A stretch of DNA of 64,000 nucleotides. It comes from Lingula anatina. Taxonomy: Eukaryota > Animalia > Brachiopoda. A model generated the notes under the pieces. It worked only from the letters and a program-made list of their open reading frames with translations. It was not told where the DNA came from and ran no database searches. The position numbers and the translations under genes are program-made. Numbering within the stretch: the first letter of the stretch is position 1; every line of letters begins with the position of its first letter. The stretch lies in NCBI GenBank assembly GCA_051362555.1, contig CM120645.1:4402001-4466000 (forward strand), in the 5' to 3' direction. Shown here piece after piece: positions 1 through 16,094 of this stretch.

Positions 1-3000
1 AGGAAGAAGTTAATGAGGCGGAAACTGAAGGGCTATATCAGCCTTGCATGTGTGAGGGGGCCATAGTAGACTACCTGGTCAAGGTTAGGCTTAGACATCC
101 ATTCAGGATCATACACTGTATATACCAGTAGTCAGTAACTCAGTGGGTTTTATTTACACAGTGAGCATGGCACAGAGTTAATACAGATGCTTGCCCTGAA
201 CCTTAAAAACCATTATGCTTGCCTGGTAAATTTTCGATCCAGGTTGTGATCATTCTGAGAAGGTGATGAGATGATGTGAGATTTGAAAAAAAAAATGATA
301 ATAAAAATTGACTCCTGTCTGAAATACTAAGTGATCTGTGATGAAGGAAATGTAGGGACCTCCTCTGGTATTTACTATTTACCTTGCCACACTAGTTTGT
401 TTGTGTGACGTGTTTAAGTAGTAAAGCCAGTATGATCACAGCAAACGGTTTCTTTTGTTGTAAAATAAAAGGGGAGCCAAAGACAGCACTGACTGCATTG
501 TATTGTTTACCATGGAATGTTGGTTTTAGGGGAAGTGTGTAATTGTCACTTTGCAGTAATATTTTATTTGTTAAAACATTTTGCTTAGTACCTCTTGAAT
601 TTGGATAATTTTATTTAAAAACATCTTGGGCCAAATATTTATGTATTGAACTTGGTCCTTATTTTTCCCCTAGAAACGCAAGTTACCGTAGATCATTTAG
701 TTACCCTGTTCTAGAAGAAATGTGATAAAGTAAAAATTAGTAAGACTGAGCTTAGAGGCTCCAAATAAGAAGCTGGTGGTGGAATCTTGGTGGAACCTAA
801 GTGTGCAATATCAAAATACCTAATGAAATGAAAATAAATACATAAATAAAATTACATAGATAGATAGCTAGGCAGATAGATAAGCAAACCAACAGGCCTG
901 GTTTTATTAGATGAAAACAGTATAGAATCGATATCTGATTGTGTCGGATACTAAGAACTTCTAAATGTCCCCTGGACACATGATTTGGCCTATTTTATGG
1001 AATGGATCCGTCTGGGAAACAAAAGTTTAATTAAACAGAGGAAGATAAATGTGTGTTGGTGATCTTTGTGACAGAAGACATCTAGATTGCAGGATCAGTA
1101 TTGACAGGTCAATTAACAGTCTAATGTTTAAGCATCATGCATGAAGCTAACTGACTGATGGCAAATGGGGACAGGTATGTTTTTATTAACTCCAGCCTCT
1201 AGAACTGGTTCAATACTTAGGGATAAGTATTTATTTTTATTTTTTTATGTTTTGATGAACGATACTTGTCAAAGTGTACATGGACAGATGAGCCTTTATG
1301 ATTGCTCATACTAAGAATGGGCCAAATTATTCGAGTGGGTATACTGGTACTTTTCTGCTTTGGGCTAATAGATTTTTTCTCCTGTTTTGGTGTCCTAGCT
1401 GAAGGCTAGTAGGCACAAGTTTAATAAGGTTTTTCATACAGACTGGAAGACTATCCCATTTTTAAGACTGGCTAAAAATGAAGATAATTCATGTGTTAAT
1501 TGCTTTATGACCTCAGAATAAGATATGGACCATCCCATAGAAATATAGAACATTTTGAGTCATGCCTGTGATGCAAACATGTATATTGTACATAATACTA
1601 GTATTTGCATAATTTTGGCTTGGCCCATTATTTTTGCTTTTCATACAAAGTAACCCCCATTATGAAAGAAAACCAACAGTAATTAAAAAGTGATATATGA
1701 ACCATTTATGCAAATATTACCCAAATGTTTTGTCACTGAAGTGACTCCAGTATTCACTTTTTTTTTTTTTTTTTTTTGAGAATTAACCCAGATACAGTAC
1801 CTGTAGATTAAATTTTGTCCCAATCTGTCCTTCTGAACTCAGGGTGCATAGACTCTATGTGGACTGTACAAGTCTGAACATCTATTGAACCATGCCTAAA
1901 TTGCTGCTTATGGACAGAAAATCTATCAGAGCTAAGCACCAACAGAAAACGAATTGATCCAGTTAAAGTCGGCTTAATCTGTATCTGAGTGAGATATGTC
2001 TCTCTGGCATTAGATGTACAGGCTAGCAGACTGGTCTACTAGTAGATTCTAACTTGGTAAAGAGAGGCTAAATTGTAGTTTTATATGAATTAAGGATCAT
2101 CTTCTGTTAGCAAAATATAGAAATACCATTGAATATATATTGGAGTACATACAAGTGATGTATTGTGTGAGGAAGCTTTTTGTGTGTGAGGGGGAAAAAT
2201 GACGTAATGCATTGATTAAATTTCTCAAGTGAAGTAACTATTGAGGATTCTGCCTTTTGTTTAAAAGTATTAACCATCGATGTGACAGAAGTGAATCTCA
2301 ACCTTCATCCACCTGTAGTTGGCTGAGTGAAATGAAGTTTTGATACATTGCCTGGATTTATATATTGATCTTACTGAACAACCAGAAAAATGATATTACA
2401 TCATTTTTGTAATTTCCTTCCGAAACTCCTTTTTTTTTTGTCATTCAATTAAGTTAGATAGAAATCTGAGTCTGCTGCTTTTAAATGTGGTGCAACATTG
2501 CCTCAGAGATATTATCAATTGGCTATTCATTGTTCAGCAAATTCATAAAAAAAAGATCTCACACATGCATATCTGATCTAGGAGATGTATTGATTAATCC
2601 TGGCAATTCATTTTTATCAGAAAGCACTCTCAGTTGTCAAGTAAAGGAGAGTTAGTGAATACCAATTGGCTTTTAACATGGCCTTTGTGAATGGCTTTGT
2701 GTCGGCTATCTCCTATAACTGATTCATATATTTATTACTTTGCAGTGTCAGTGAATGCAGATAAGCCTTGGTTGAGACTGCAGAAAAAAAATCATTGAGA
2801 TATCATGAAAAGTACAAGTGAGATTTTATGTTGTTACAAATTGAAGTGTCTTTTTACTTTACAGAAAAAAAGACCTCTACCCTGAGTTTCAGAGGTCTCC
2901 GGAAAATCTTAAAGATCTCTACTATCTGTATGCCTTGATATCTGTCATTAAAACATTAGAAGCATTATTAGATAGTAGAAACTCACCCTTCTTTTTATTG

Positions 3001-4567
3001 GCATGTCTGTGTCATTACTGAAAACGGCAGAAGTATTAGATAATGTAAACCCACTCCTCTATTTATTGGCATGCATGCTTCTGTTGTTATTGGAAGCTTC
3101 AGAGGCATGCTGTTAGGGCAGAGATGGGTTCACAAAGTCCACTTGTTACTCAGGGCACCCGCTGTGTGCCCTCTTCCACTTGTTTCCTGACAGCGACCTG
3201 ATCGAAATACCTGTGGGTTGAGTACACCGTGTCCCTGATTGAAACCCAAATACACAATGTATGATAAATGATATAGTATTTGGCCTTTATTTCAGGACTG
3301 CAGCAACTGCTGCAAGGCACAGTTATTTTGGGACAGTGGGACATGTGCAGTTTATATTCCCTTCTCCTTGGAGTTCAGTGTCCTTCACATAAAAGCAACG
3401 GAGTGTTGTGCTCAAGTTGACTCTGTTTAATCAATAAAAGTTGGAATTGATAAAAATTTGTGCAACATTTTGACTTTTGTTAACCAGACTATTTGTCTTG
3501 AGATGAAGTCTTTCTTTCCAGTGTAATATAATCTGTACATGAACATGACTAACATGTAAATTGTGTCTGTGTGAGCACAAGGACAAGAACACTAGAATAA
3601 ACCCTGGATCCACGACCTTAAAAAAAATTCCACATTTCATTTTTTGAAAGGATCCATTGTACAACAGGGCTGTTCTGAAAATGATAAATGATAAATCACG
3701 TACTTATCGTCTCGGTTTCTAGGGCAGCTTGTTTTGTTATACCTGTAAATTCCCCGCGGGTCTGTTCAAATTAGTCCAATTAACTGAAATTTGAAACACG
3801 GACACGCGTTTGCTTGTTGAAATTCTTTTAAGGTAGGCATAAAGGTATTTGGTGATGTAGCCTACCTGGATGAGGTTTGTTGTACACCTGTAAATCAGAA
3901 GCATATGCACACCTGTAGAGATGATGAATTGCTAAAATGTTGAAAAAATTTAGGTGGAATGCTCGAGTCGTGGGAGTGGTACAAGTACATACTTGTCAGC
4001 TTGTGAGCTCCTTAGGGTCATGAATAATGATGATAATGCTTTTTCTGGGGAAGACTGTATGCTATTAAAGATGCCCATTATTGAATTTATTTGAATTTTG
4101 TGCATAGAATAAGATATTTTACAGTATGTGTACAACTATTAGTACAAGATTTTCTTCATTTTGCACATGCATGTAGGTGGCTATTTGTTATTATATGCTA
4201 GAGCTCTCTTCCTTTAAAGAAGCTAAAGCTCATTCATGCATCAACTTAAGCTATAATTCTGCCGAGACTTAACCTTCATATGGATGCTACTTTTAGATTA
4301 AAGAAAAATAAGCAAGAATCCCCAGTGCTTGCTAGTTATGGAACTTACTGAATAGAATTAGGATAAACCACAGAACTCACCCCAGCATAAAATCGCACCG
4401 TCAATTTGCTCAGTGTAAGCTGTTTACAGAAGTGATGTCCAGAAATTGATGGCAAAGTTTTATCTATTTTCGCCCAGTCCTGCAATGAAGAACCTTATGA
4501 TTGGTTGTTCGAGGAGAGTTTCGTCAGTTTGGCACAATAAGTCCATGAAAGGCTCTGATCACAGCAT

Positions 4568-4602
<35 letters not shown>

Positions 4603-4734
4603 AAAATCTGAAAGCCTCACGCCCACAAAACAACCAGTGACAAGCCTGAAGATATTTTCTTTGGTTTGTGCATACTTGGCTTATCAAAGTATGCATTCAG
4701 ACAAGGATAAGCATGGACCGATATAGGCCCAAAT

Positions 4735-4834
<100 letters not shown>

Positions 4835-5884
4835 ATGCTGAATGTAATTTACAAGTGATTTAGCAGTGTCTAGGCCAGATTTAGTGATGCCATTAAGACC
4901 TTAACCAGTTGGGATTTATTTAATTTATATACTTGTAATTTATATGTCTGAACAGAGGAAGGGTAGAAGGCTACTAGTCTTGGCTGAGGTGAGGATATTA
5001 GACTACAGGAGGCATCCTGGGTAAAGTGCTCTTCCATCACCTGTCCTCCCTGGGCTTGCTGTGATCTCCAGCCAGATCAGCTTACTGATCTTCACCCCTG
5101 TGATCTTGTTGTGATGAATTACTACAGGCTCTAGTATATATGCTAAGAGTGTGTTATTTGTAGTTCTTGATCATTAACTTATGGGAGGTATCAACCTAAA
5201 CCCACCAGCCCACCAAAAAAAAAAAAAAGGAAAAAGTGATTATAGATTACTCTCTGTTGAATAAATTTTAAAAAGTTATAAAGTGGTTGCCATACAATAA
5301 AATATGTAAAAGTTGTATTTGTTTGAAAAAAAAAAAGAGTTAATTTTTAAGATGTATTTTATTATAATACTTAGTAGTATGTATGCTTATTATCAGACTA
5401 ATTACACCAAGATAATACTTCAAACAATACTGTGAATAAAAATGAAAAATAAGAAATATGACAAATTGGAAATTAATGATGTTTCTTATTCATGTATAAT
5501 TTTGATTTATAATTGCTCAAAGTTAATATATATCAAACTTCACAGAACAATTCCAAGGAATGCTACTTGCAGCAAAAACTACTAAAACTGAAATGGACAT
5601 CTGTTTCCAAGTCAGAATAATTGAAGAATTCTGTTTTTATGCCTCCAGTCTGCATGTATTTTAGGAATGACCAAATGACTTTAACAGAGCAAGAGATTCT
5701 CCTTGATTCCAGAGATTCCTTGCCTGGCCAATGTTTTGATCAATGACCCATTACCAACTCTAAATGTCCAGTCTGGACCAGAAGGAGCCTGGTTTTACAG
5801 AAAATCTTTGATAATTTGACCTTCACTAAATACACAGTAGCTGTGGTGAGTGGGTAACCTTTAAGAACTAGCATACCCAATCAG

Positions 5885-6115
5885 TGCTACTGGACAAACT
5901 AAATGATAGACCAATCATGATCAGGAACTGGACTGGACTGGGCCTGTTCACATACTGGACTAACTTAGACCATTCAGTAATGTTAATTAACTGCATTGGC
6001 TTGCACTGACTTGGCTTGTTCACAGACTGTATGCTTAATTAAATACACCAGTCACTATAACTGGTCTTTTCCATGCCTGTTTTTACACTTGCTGTAGACT
6101 AACTTATAGACCACC

Positions 6116-6205
<90 letters not shown>

Positions 6206-6425
6206 AACTACATTGACTGGACTGGCTTGTTCACATACAGTAGTAACTGGGACCAGTCACTGAATGGACTATGCCATGCAGTAACTGGACTGGACTTGTT
6301 CACATACTGGACTAACTTAACCAGTCTCTAACTGGACTGGGCTGGGCCTGTTCACATACTGGACTAACTTAACTAAATGAACTAACTTAGACCAGTCAGT
6401 AACAGCTGGGCCTGTTCACTTACAG
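5885..6425. repeat. Degenerate tandem repeat (actggactgg..tgttcacatactggactaactt) with an embedded (TA)n at about 6118-6202
   Basis: The motif recurs about 7 times at roughly 50-70-bp spacing. Confidence 0.75.
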
Positions 6426-7007
6426 AAATAGTCTAATATGTTACTAATCATTACCAGTTGAAAGATTACATATAGTATTGTAGGTTCAGACATTGTGCCT
6501 ATCTCAGTATCTGAGTCTTTTTTTCATCTTTCACTGGTTTAATTGTGAGTTCACAATACACATACTGCATAAATGAGTTAAATTGATCAATCATAAAGTG
6601 GCAAACCACTGTCAGTAAATTAACTACATGTAAGAGTCATGGGGAATTCAGATACACTGTAAACGCACGTTTCATACCAAGTTTTACCCTTAGTGAATTT
6701 GATTTAAGTACTACTTCTACTTACTAGAAGAAATTTAATAAACACATTATTAATTGTCATCAGAAACAAAGAACCAAGATCGTCATTAGCACTAGTTACT
6801 GTTTGTGTTCAGTGTATAAGATATTGAGGGAGGAAAATCAATAAAGTGAGGAAGAAGGACTTGATACAACACAGAGGGCCTCAGTGCTACATTAGTACTA
6901 AGTACTTTGTAGAAAATTACAGATTTCTGGTATAAATTGAAAGATCATGTCTTCAGTGATGACCTTCTCTTTGTCCTTCGTGCTGATTCTGTGCATGGTA
7001 ACCTTAA

Positions 7008-7221
7008 ACCGCATTCCCAGAGATAAGATCGATCCAACTAGATCGACCTAACTCCCTGGGGGTTCACGCTAAATAGCTGTCAGCCGAGCGGGCACGAAAG
7101 TTAATTACCCCCTTACAGCTTGTAGTAGGCAGGACGGACATTTAAGCCGGATTATCTGACAGTAATCTGGTGAAGACTCCCCAAGGGGATAGATCGATCT
7201 AATATCTATGGGAATGTGCCC
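7008..7221. mobile_element. ~200-bp dispersed MITE family member (CATTCCCAGAGAT..GATCGATC termini)
   Basis: Inverted ends cattcccagagat / atctatgggaatg. The same core sequence recurs at 28026-28210, 41500-41983, 53195-53711 and 60360-60791. Confidence 0.8.
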
Positions 7222-10200
7222 TTAAAAAAATTGATTTGTACAAACTGGTGTTAATCCACTGTGGGGCAATGTGGTTTAGAAAGGAGCTTTAGTCCCCCTC
7301 CAAAATTGGTCTAAAATCTTAGATCAAATATGTCATTCCAGTTTGACCCAAGGTAATTCTGTAAACCGTGACCATTATTTCAGTTAGATAAAAGTTTCTG
7401 CCTGTTTTATAACAAGAAAGATGTGGCTAATGTTTAAGACCAGTAACTTTAGTGAGTGGACTCATCAGAAAGTACATGTATATAGTAAAACATATAGTAA
7501 AACAAATGATTGGTCTAAGAGGTAAATCTCTCATGTCTCAGGGAAGTTGAAATTTCCTTATAAGATTGTCTCCTGTTTCAGATACAGAAAATCGATTGAG
7601 ATTCAGTGCCGAAGACAAATGTGTCTCCAGAGAGAATGGTGCTGATGATTTAGTCTAGCTCTTGAAATATGAAGTGACATTTGAGATTTAAACTGTCCGT
7701 TTGAGTCAATAAATTTTAAATGAGAAGGAGACAGCATGTCTGTTTTGTATTGTAATCAGGTGCTTTCATTTCTTATCTGATAGATCAGTAATGAGTGCTT
7801 CATTTATTGATGGTTGAGTTTTAACAGTTATTTACGGATCCCTGGTGTGAGACTCAATATTGTCCATGTTTAGTTGACAGTGTTGTGAACTTCATAAGGA
7901 ACAGTAAATTAATGGCATTTGAATGTAAAAAGACAACAGAAGCTGCTTAAAGTTGTATGCTTCTCTCTGAGAGAAAGAGAGATAGAGAGAAGTAGGGATG
8001 AGGAGAAATTAAGGGACATTATAACAAAGAAAACACAAAATTACAGTTAATGATGTTGCAAATTAAATCAATATGGATTCATATCAAAAATCAATCAAAA
8101 ACATCTTTCGAAGTAGACTGGGAACCTGGCTTAATTTCGTTTAAATTGCAATATTGGAAATTAGTCATGCATCTACATGTTAACGAGAAGTGTATGCGAG
8201 CTGCACGTATGATGTGCACGCACTGGCACATCAGGAAAAGTCATCATGCAAAACAACAACTCCGATATCACCTCAGGTGCAACATTCGCATACATGAGAG
8301 CCATAATGTGAGAAAATTGTCTTCCAAATTACCTGCTATTTTCATTGCAGTCTTCTTTTTTGCAGTATTATTTTGTGTATCATGTGGTAAAACAAGTAGA
8401 GAATGTGAGAGAAATGTGAATATTGCAGATATCACTAGCAAAGGTCTATATACGGAGACATTAAGTGGTTGGCTGCTGTTGGCACCCAGAGCCAAATTTT
8501 TGACTTATGTACAATAGGGATTTACTGTGCGTATCATTTTACTGCTGAGCTAGAAAGCAGGTGTCGGTTTTATAGATTTGACAAGTTATAACTTAGTCAT
8601 TCTTGGACACATTTAAATGATTGTAGTATTTTAGTGATGCAAGAATTTAATTAAAAGAATGAATAGTAAGCCTTTGGTGAAAAAAAAAAAAGCAAGAAAG
8701 AATTATACTAAATTGAAGAAAATGCAAGAGAGTGAGGAAGTAATGAAGTGGCAGACCTAGGGATATGTGCACATGTAAAGGGATAGATAACTTCCCAATT
8801 TACTTTTATTGAATGTTAAGCATCCAAGCAAAAACTCAAAATTATGCAATTATCATTAAGTTTGAACAGCAAGTCAGTGAGTTATACTTGTATGATTGTT
8901 TACATTTACCAGTAAATGGCTTTGGCTCATGAACATAAATGCGCTTCAGTCTTTGCTCTTGACTATATATCATTGAGCATTCGGCTCCTTCTAAAATATT
9001 GCTGTATTTACTTTGCAAATCAGTGTCTAAATATCTCCTTGAGGTATTAGAACTAACTTTAAAAAAAATTTGTGTAAATATCATTATATGCATACATAAA
9101 CACTCCTTCAGAATGTGTATTACCAATCATGTAGAAAATTATCCTGCAGGGAATGCATGTAATGTTATTTGGTATTTATGCTGAAGAGGCCCAATCATCA
9201 GCCACTTTGTGTATGAAAATACTCATGATGACTAGTCTCACTGTCTCAGTATAAATTTGCATTGACTTGATACATGTAGGCGGTGATTCATGCCATATCC
9301 AGTTATTTGCATACACATTTTGTGAGCAAAGGCCCCCGGGATTATACCTTTTTCTGCTGAGACAAAAAAATCCGCCCAGGCAAAGGAGACAGACGGGCAG
9401 GGAGACTGAAAAAGCCCTGATGTACTAAGTTTGTGCACAAGGAAAAGTATAAAGTTTGCAGTGGTTATTAAAATGAATACTACAAAAAGAGATGTACCCA
9501 CCTGACTCTGTTAGGGAGGGTTTTTTTTCTGTTGAAAATTGGTTTTTATCCCCTGGAGTTAACATTTTTAGGTGGATGTCAGAGGATAAGAGTTGGGCTG
9601 TAATTTAGCTTCTACATCTATCAGATGTTCACATTTATAACACAGTATTGCATCTGATATATTAGTCTGTTGACTGAGTGTTGAACTGAAAAGATAGAGT
9701 AACAGCAAGTTGATGCTAGACATTGGTGCTAAGAGGTTAAGGTGAAAAAACTTGCCTTAATTCACACCGTGTTCTTACAAGGAAGGAAGCAGTGTGCAGG
9801 TGGCTTAAACCAGACGTTCAGAGATCTCACTGTGAACTTTAAAAGTGCTAGTTCACTCACCTACATTACTTGTCACAAACACCCTGCACTACAGGGTGAT
9901 CAAAGTGACTAAAGGATATCAATGTACTAGTATGCATTTTGGTATCATGGCTTTGAGTTGTTGTTCAGGATACAGGTGTATTATTATTATATATACTCCC
10001 TGAAACGTGTAGGTCAGACAGGGTTTAAGGGCAGAGGAAGCTGTAAAGGTGGGGGAGGAGGTGAAGGCGGAACTTGTACCTTCTCACATCTGGGTTAACA
10101 TGAGCCACAGGTGTGTACTGAAAGAAATGGGCCAAAAGTAATACTAGCTCTCAGAAAAACCTTAGATTTATGCCCAGATATTTCTCCTTCTGTTTTAAAT

Positions 10201-10386
10201 AGATGTTGTCAACTGAGATATTAAGTAATAAACATATAGGTCTTTGACGTTTGTTTTCATTCCATCTTTCAGGGGCATTCCTGATCCCATACAGATATTT
10301 CTCCTGTTTTAAATAAATGTTGTCAACTTAAATATATATATTAAGAAATAAAATAGATTTGTGACATGCTTTTTAATTCTTTCTAG

Positions 10387-10529
10387 GTGCGTTCCTGATC
10401 CCGTACTTCATCTTCCTGGTGGGAGGAGGCATCCCTGTCTTCTTCCTGGAGGTGTCATTGGGACAGTTCATGAGTCAAGGAGGACTGGGGGCATGGAACA
10501 TCTGTCCTGTCTTTCAGGGTAAGGCTCAT

Positions 10530-10575
<46 letters not shown>

Positions 10576-10712
10576 TGTGTGTGTGTGTGGTGTGTGCATG
10601 CACACAGGTAAGTATATACATGAAAGTATACATACAAGGACTAATTAACATACACATGCATGCAAAGTCACAAACATACTGCTGCAGTTCAGTTGTTAAT
10701 GTAGTGGGTTAA

Positions 10713-10792
<80 letters not shown>

Positions 10793-13169
10793 GTAATTCA
10801 ATTCTAGTGGTTCAGAGACTCCAGAGATCTTTGATTTAGATCCATTTTGTTCCTTTGTATCTGATTCAATGACGCAAGCAGTGCCCTCTTCAGTGTACCC
10901 AGCTATACATTTACCATGATTGTATTACAGTTCATTTATTTGATTACGTGATGTATAAATCATTTTGCTGCGTTCCAAGGGCTTTGACTAAGCAAGTAAT
11001 TTTACATAGGTTTTTATATGTCTCATATCTCTTGTTCATGCCAGAAAATGCATACGTTTCACTTGAAATGCAGTAGGGCATGTAATTTGGAAAAAGGTGT
11101 ATTAACCCACCACATTGTTATATGCTAGGATCTGGATCCTAAATATATGCATGTGTAAAGGGGAAGCAACTACCAAGTTTGTTTAGTTATCATACAAGTA
11201 TTGCTACTAGTGTATCCTTTTGGTAAATGTCATGTTTTTTTTAGATATTGGCTGGCATATACAAGACATGCAATGGAAAAGGATGTGGTTGAAAACTACT
11301 TGATTAATTAGGGTGGGAGAGGGAGGGGGGGGATACAGGGTAAATTATTTTTATCGAAAGCAAATTAAGTATAGATACAGTATAACATGAAAACAGAAAA
11401 AAAGGATTGATCCATTTTACTTTGATCATGTGCAGAATATACACGAATGAAATTTTAATCACAGGAGAAGATGACATTGAAGAGAAAAGAGGCTTATCAA
11501 GCCACAGTAATTTTAGAATAAAATTGGTCTACTTCATTTGAAGTCATAGACATCATCTAAAATTTCCTAGTACCTAATAACATAAACATGTAAGTATTGA
11601 ACTGAAACATAAGCCAGGTTTTAAGTGTGATGAAATAAGGCACAGTATTTCATATTGGTCTACTACCAATTTACCTTTGGTCAAAGTAGTATAGACTGAA
11701 ATTTTGGTATAGAGTTCAGACCAGTTCCATTGTGAATTAACCAGTTGGTCCTTGGCACCTTGACTTACCTGTACTCCGTCTCACACCTGACGCTGATCCA
11801 GGTAAACCAGTCTGACTTCCAAGGTCATTCAGATATAGCAAATTACCCTTCTTACATTGTTCAAGTGTCTGTCAAGAATTTTATGTCTTCTGAAAAAGCC
11901 AGATAGAGCTGCCTGTATTCACTAATGTGAAGTTTGTATATTTTTTGGCAGAAGACCATTAGGCAGGCAAATAGACACCTGTTGTTGGAGTTCCCTGATA
12001 TGTAGAACATTTCCTTCCATCCTGAACATCTCACAGCCATACATGTGTTGTGCGTGTATGCATTCAGTATAGATATGTTAAACTGTTTGTTCATTTTTTT
12101 TCAGTTCATTTGATGCCCCATGCTCCCATAATTATTACCATATAAGATTACATAACTCTGATGGGGCATGCTTTAGTGACAGCTAGAGGTGAATTGTAAT
12201 CAAGCTGATTCAGCCTGGCTAAAACTATACTTGGAGGTCAAGGCTTCCTCAGCAGCTTTCGCACAAATACTAATGTGTGGGGCAGAGATTACACTTTGAA
12301 AGTGGAAGTAATTTGTATAGATTTATATCTGACCACTTGTAAGGCAAAGTAGACAAATTGGTTGGAGAAAATAATCCTTTTAAACAAACTTTCGATGGCC
12401 TATCCATTAAAAGTAATGGGCATGATAACATTTTATACATTGGTGATTATATTTCTGTTGACAGATCAATAAACTTGCAAAAAAATTATTGCTAGTTAAT
12501 TATGAGTAAAATTTGCCATCCATCTTCATTAACAGTCACCTTCTTTAACAGCACTTGAGTATGTTTTTATACTTAACACTGTTTTGTGTTTAAGCATGGC
12601 ATATGTATGCCATTTTAAGGTTAATAAACAGTTATAAAAGTCTATTTAGAAGCTTAAGGCTTGTCTGCTTTATTTTTTCAGATTATACAGGTCTGTAAGT
12701 AAAAAAAATGAATGAAAAACATAGTCTTGAATTTATGAATGCACACATGTACTGTCTTAAACCTTAAGACTGTATTGTTCTATATGAATTTTGGTATTCG
12801 CAAGCACTCATTACATGAACTTATTTTAGTTATTGTGACATAAAGTATAATTTCTAGGCTTGAGCATATACACTTGCTTAGAACCTCAAATGCCAATCAC
12901 CATGGAAACCGTTCATATTTATTTTAAGAAGGATCAAATATAACTAGTACCACTAAATCAATGTGCTATGTGCCAAATGCATGATTCCTGCTTTAAATAG
13001 ACTGAAACCTATCATTATAAAGGTGTTGACATTTTGCTTCCTTTGCATTGATTGGCTGGTAATCAAATGAATTTGGTCATTCTGTTGGAATTCAAGGAAT
13101 AAGTTAATTGTACATATACTTGTATGAATGAATAGTATCTAGGTTGAAGGATAGCTGATATGTATATAT

Positions 13170-13204
<35 letters not shown>

Positions 13205-16043
13205 TTTGGGGGGGGGAGAGAGAGAGAGAGAGAGAGAGAAAAGAAGGTGAGAAAGAGAGCAAGAGGGAAAGAGAGAGAAAAAGAGAGACAGGGAAAAGAA
13301 AGAGAGAGAGAGTGTTGACTAAGTTGCAGGTGTTGATGTGGAAGGCACTGGATGGCTCAGGTGTTACAGATCATTTGAAGGATGCCTCTACAGTGGGAAG
13401 TCATGAAATTAATTCAGTTTCTAAGAACAAACAAAACAACCAATTATTTCCACACAGGTTAACCTACATATTCACCAATTTCTTGGTGATATTTGGATAC
13501 GGTATACCTTGACGTAGAGGTGAAAGTGGCAGGCATTTTTCAAGGGAATAATTTAATTTTTGTATTTATGGCAGTCCATCGATCCCAGCACCATGCCTGG
13601 TTATTTGTCAGCCTTGCTGTCTCCTTTTAAATTTTTGTTCAGGAATATTGAATTTCATTATCATATTGCAGTACCGGTACATCGTTCTGTAGCCTCACTG
13701 ATTTTGTCATAACTGTAAAGAAATAAATTGCAGTTCGTTGTAATGCCAGTTAATAACTTTTATTATTTTGACACGAAAAGGACAACTTGACAGACACATG
13801 AAATGTTTTTAAATCCATACTCATATCAGCTACTAAGAGCAAAAACTTCTTGAATCTGAGAATTCTGTACCTTCTTTAAACATAATGGTATAAATCTTGA
13901 ATAATACAATCATACCAGTTGGTATTATTTGACCAAGTTGCTATTGTTACATTTACCTCTCCCAAAGAGGTTAATATGCTTTTGCCAATGTTGGTTTGCT
14001 ATATTAGCAGCCTAAATTAAAAAGATATTGACAGATTTTGATAATATTTTTTGTGGAGGAACAAAATAGTCTAACTAACTTAAAATCCTTTCGATTTTGT
14101 TGGTGTTTCATGAATTTTATCAGTTAATTGATAGGAATTAGAATAGAGTTAGCTTGTTAGAGCTCTGTGTTCTCTGCTTGCGTGCTTTTTTCAAGTTGAA
14201 AATGCTTTGTAGTTTTGTCATGAAAAGTCAATATTGAATGTCGGCCTTGAGAGTCTCAAAGCCCGTCAAAATTTATGCATCAGGTGTTACGCAACCCAGA
14301 TAAGTGTGCTCTTGAGAGACAGTTTTGTAGTACCAGTATATATATATATATTTGAGGAAAGGCTTGTTTTGGTAATTTAAGTTGCTCTGTTGTACATTTA
14401 GGCTGTCACTCTCATGAGAGGTGAAATAAATGAATTTCTGATCTTGAATACTGAAGATGAAAGAATCTTTTGAAAAATGTCGAGTTATGTTAACAATTAT
14501 AATCATATGATATTGATAAATATCAATAAATGATTTTAACAACAACATCATTATAATCAGAGATAGTTATCAGTGTGATCAAGATTAAAAGTGTGTTTGC
14601 CTACAAACATTATTTGAAATAAGGTGCACAAAAATGATATACTGCTTACCACCCTTGAATGAGCTTATTATTTGTTCTCTGAAGACAGGAAGGAAGGTGG
14701 GGTCAAGAATGATCAGCACTTCAACTGCCCTGTGCAAAGGTTGCATGAACACCTCTCATAACTTAATTATCAACCATGCTTTTGGAAAGGTTCAGGTGGA
14801 AATATCAGTTAATGGATCTGTCTCTCCCTCTCCTGGAAAACGTGTAATAGCATATAACCTGGGAGCAGGCTTCCTGCTAGCAACATATGTGCTGACATAA
14901 TATGTATATGTGGAATGCTCATTATTGTATATTTGTGAACATACACTTTTTTAACCGGCCATTTCAGGGCAATTCATATTTGTATCTTTTTTTCCTTTAT
15001 GTACTACAGATCCTTACCAGTACTTGCATTTCAGGGCACTTCACATAATAGTATACAGTTGATTTTTTGTAATGTATATACATCCTTACTCATACAGGTG
15101 ATTTTAGGGCGCTTCTCATGTGTCGTTGTTTTCTGAGGTGTATTTCCTTACAAACACCTGTCATTTCAGGGCACCTGTATTATCTTAGATTAGAGAACAG
15201 GTAGTTATCAAGGTGGATGAGGTCAGGCTGATAAATTTTTAGGGTTTGCCAAAAATGATTTTAACTGACCCAATAATGAATCGTTGACAAAAATAAATAA
15301 ATAAATAAATTAATTAATTGATTAAAAAATAATAATTTTTTTTTTAAAGCTGAAGTTACATTACATCCTTCGTTTGGAAAAACAGACATGCACAAACTAA
15401 CACAGTATGCATGCTAGTGTGTTTTTCCGAAATTGTGCATACAGTTTTGATGTTGTCTAACATGTGTCAATAAACAATTGTTTGACCTTCAGTCAAGTGT
15501 TTGGGAATGCCCTTGTGCCACTGTTTATACAGATTTATGGGACAGATCATGTTTTTCTTGTGAAAATTTGTTTTGAGCAGCTAGCTATAGCTAAGCTACG
15601 TCAGAGGAGTTGAATAGCGAAGAAGTCAACAAACATATTTCTTCTGACACTTGATCTGTTAATGGAGGGAAAAATTGGGGCAAACAATTAGTAAAACAAG
15701 AATGAGCCCTATGTGTTTATATGTCAAAGTGTGATACCTGTAATGTTTAGTAATTTTTTATATGCAGACTGTATGTGTCTAAATGCAACCTGATCACTGT
15801 CTGCGTCATTGCCCTCTGGTGCATCTGACTATGTTACCATTTCAGCATTTCAACCAACATAAGGCATTGCTTAGAAAACTGACAGTTCATACCTAACAAT
15901 TATTGTCATATTTCAAGTTATTTTTCTATAGCAAGCCAAGCTTTTCTATAATTGCCTTTGTAAGTTAAACACATATTATAAGTGTTGGCTTTTTCGTGTG
16001 GCAATTTGCTGCTGTGTATGAAAATATCTTATAGTTAATCCAT

Positions 16044-16094
<51 letters not shown>

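Noticed and set aside
8050-8517. 155-aa plus-strand ORF in the long SLC6 intron
   Set aside because: No recognisable motif, no SLC6 TM1 signature, and no convincing splice context.
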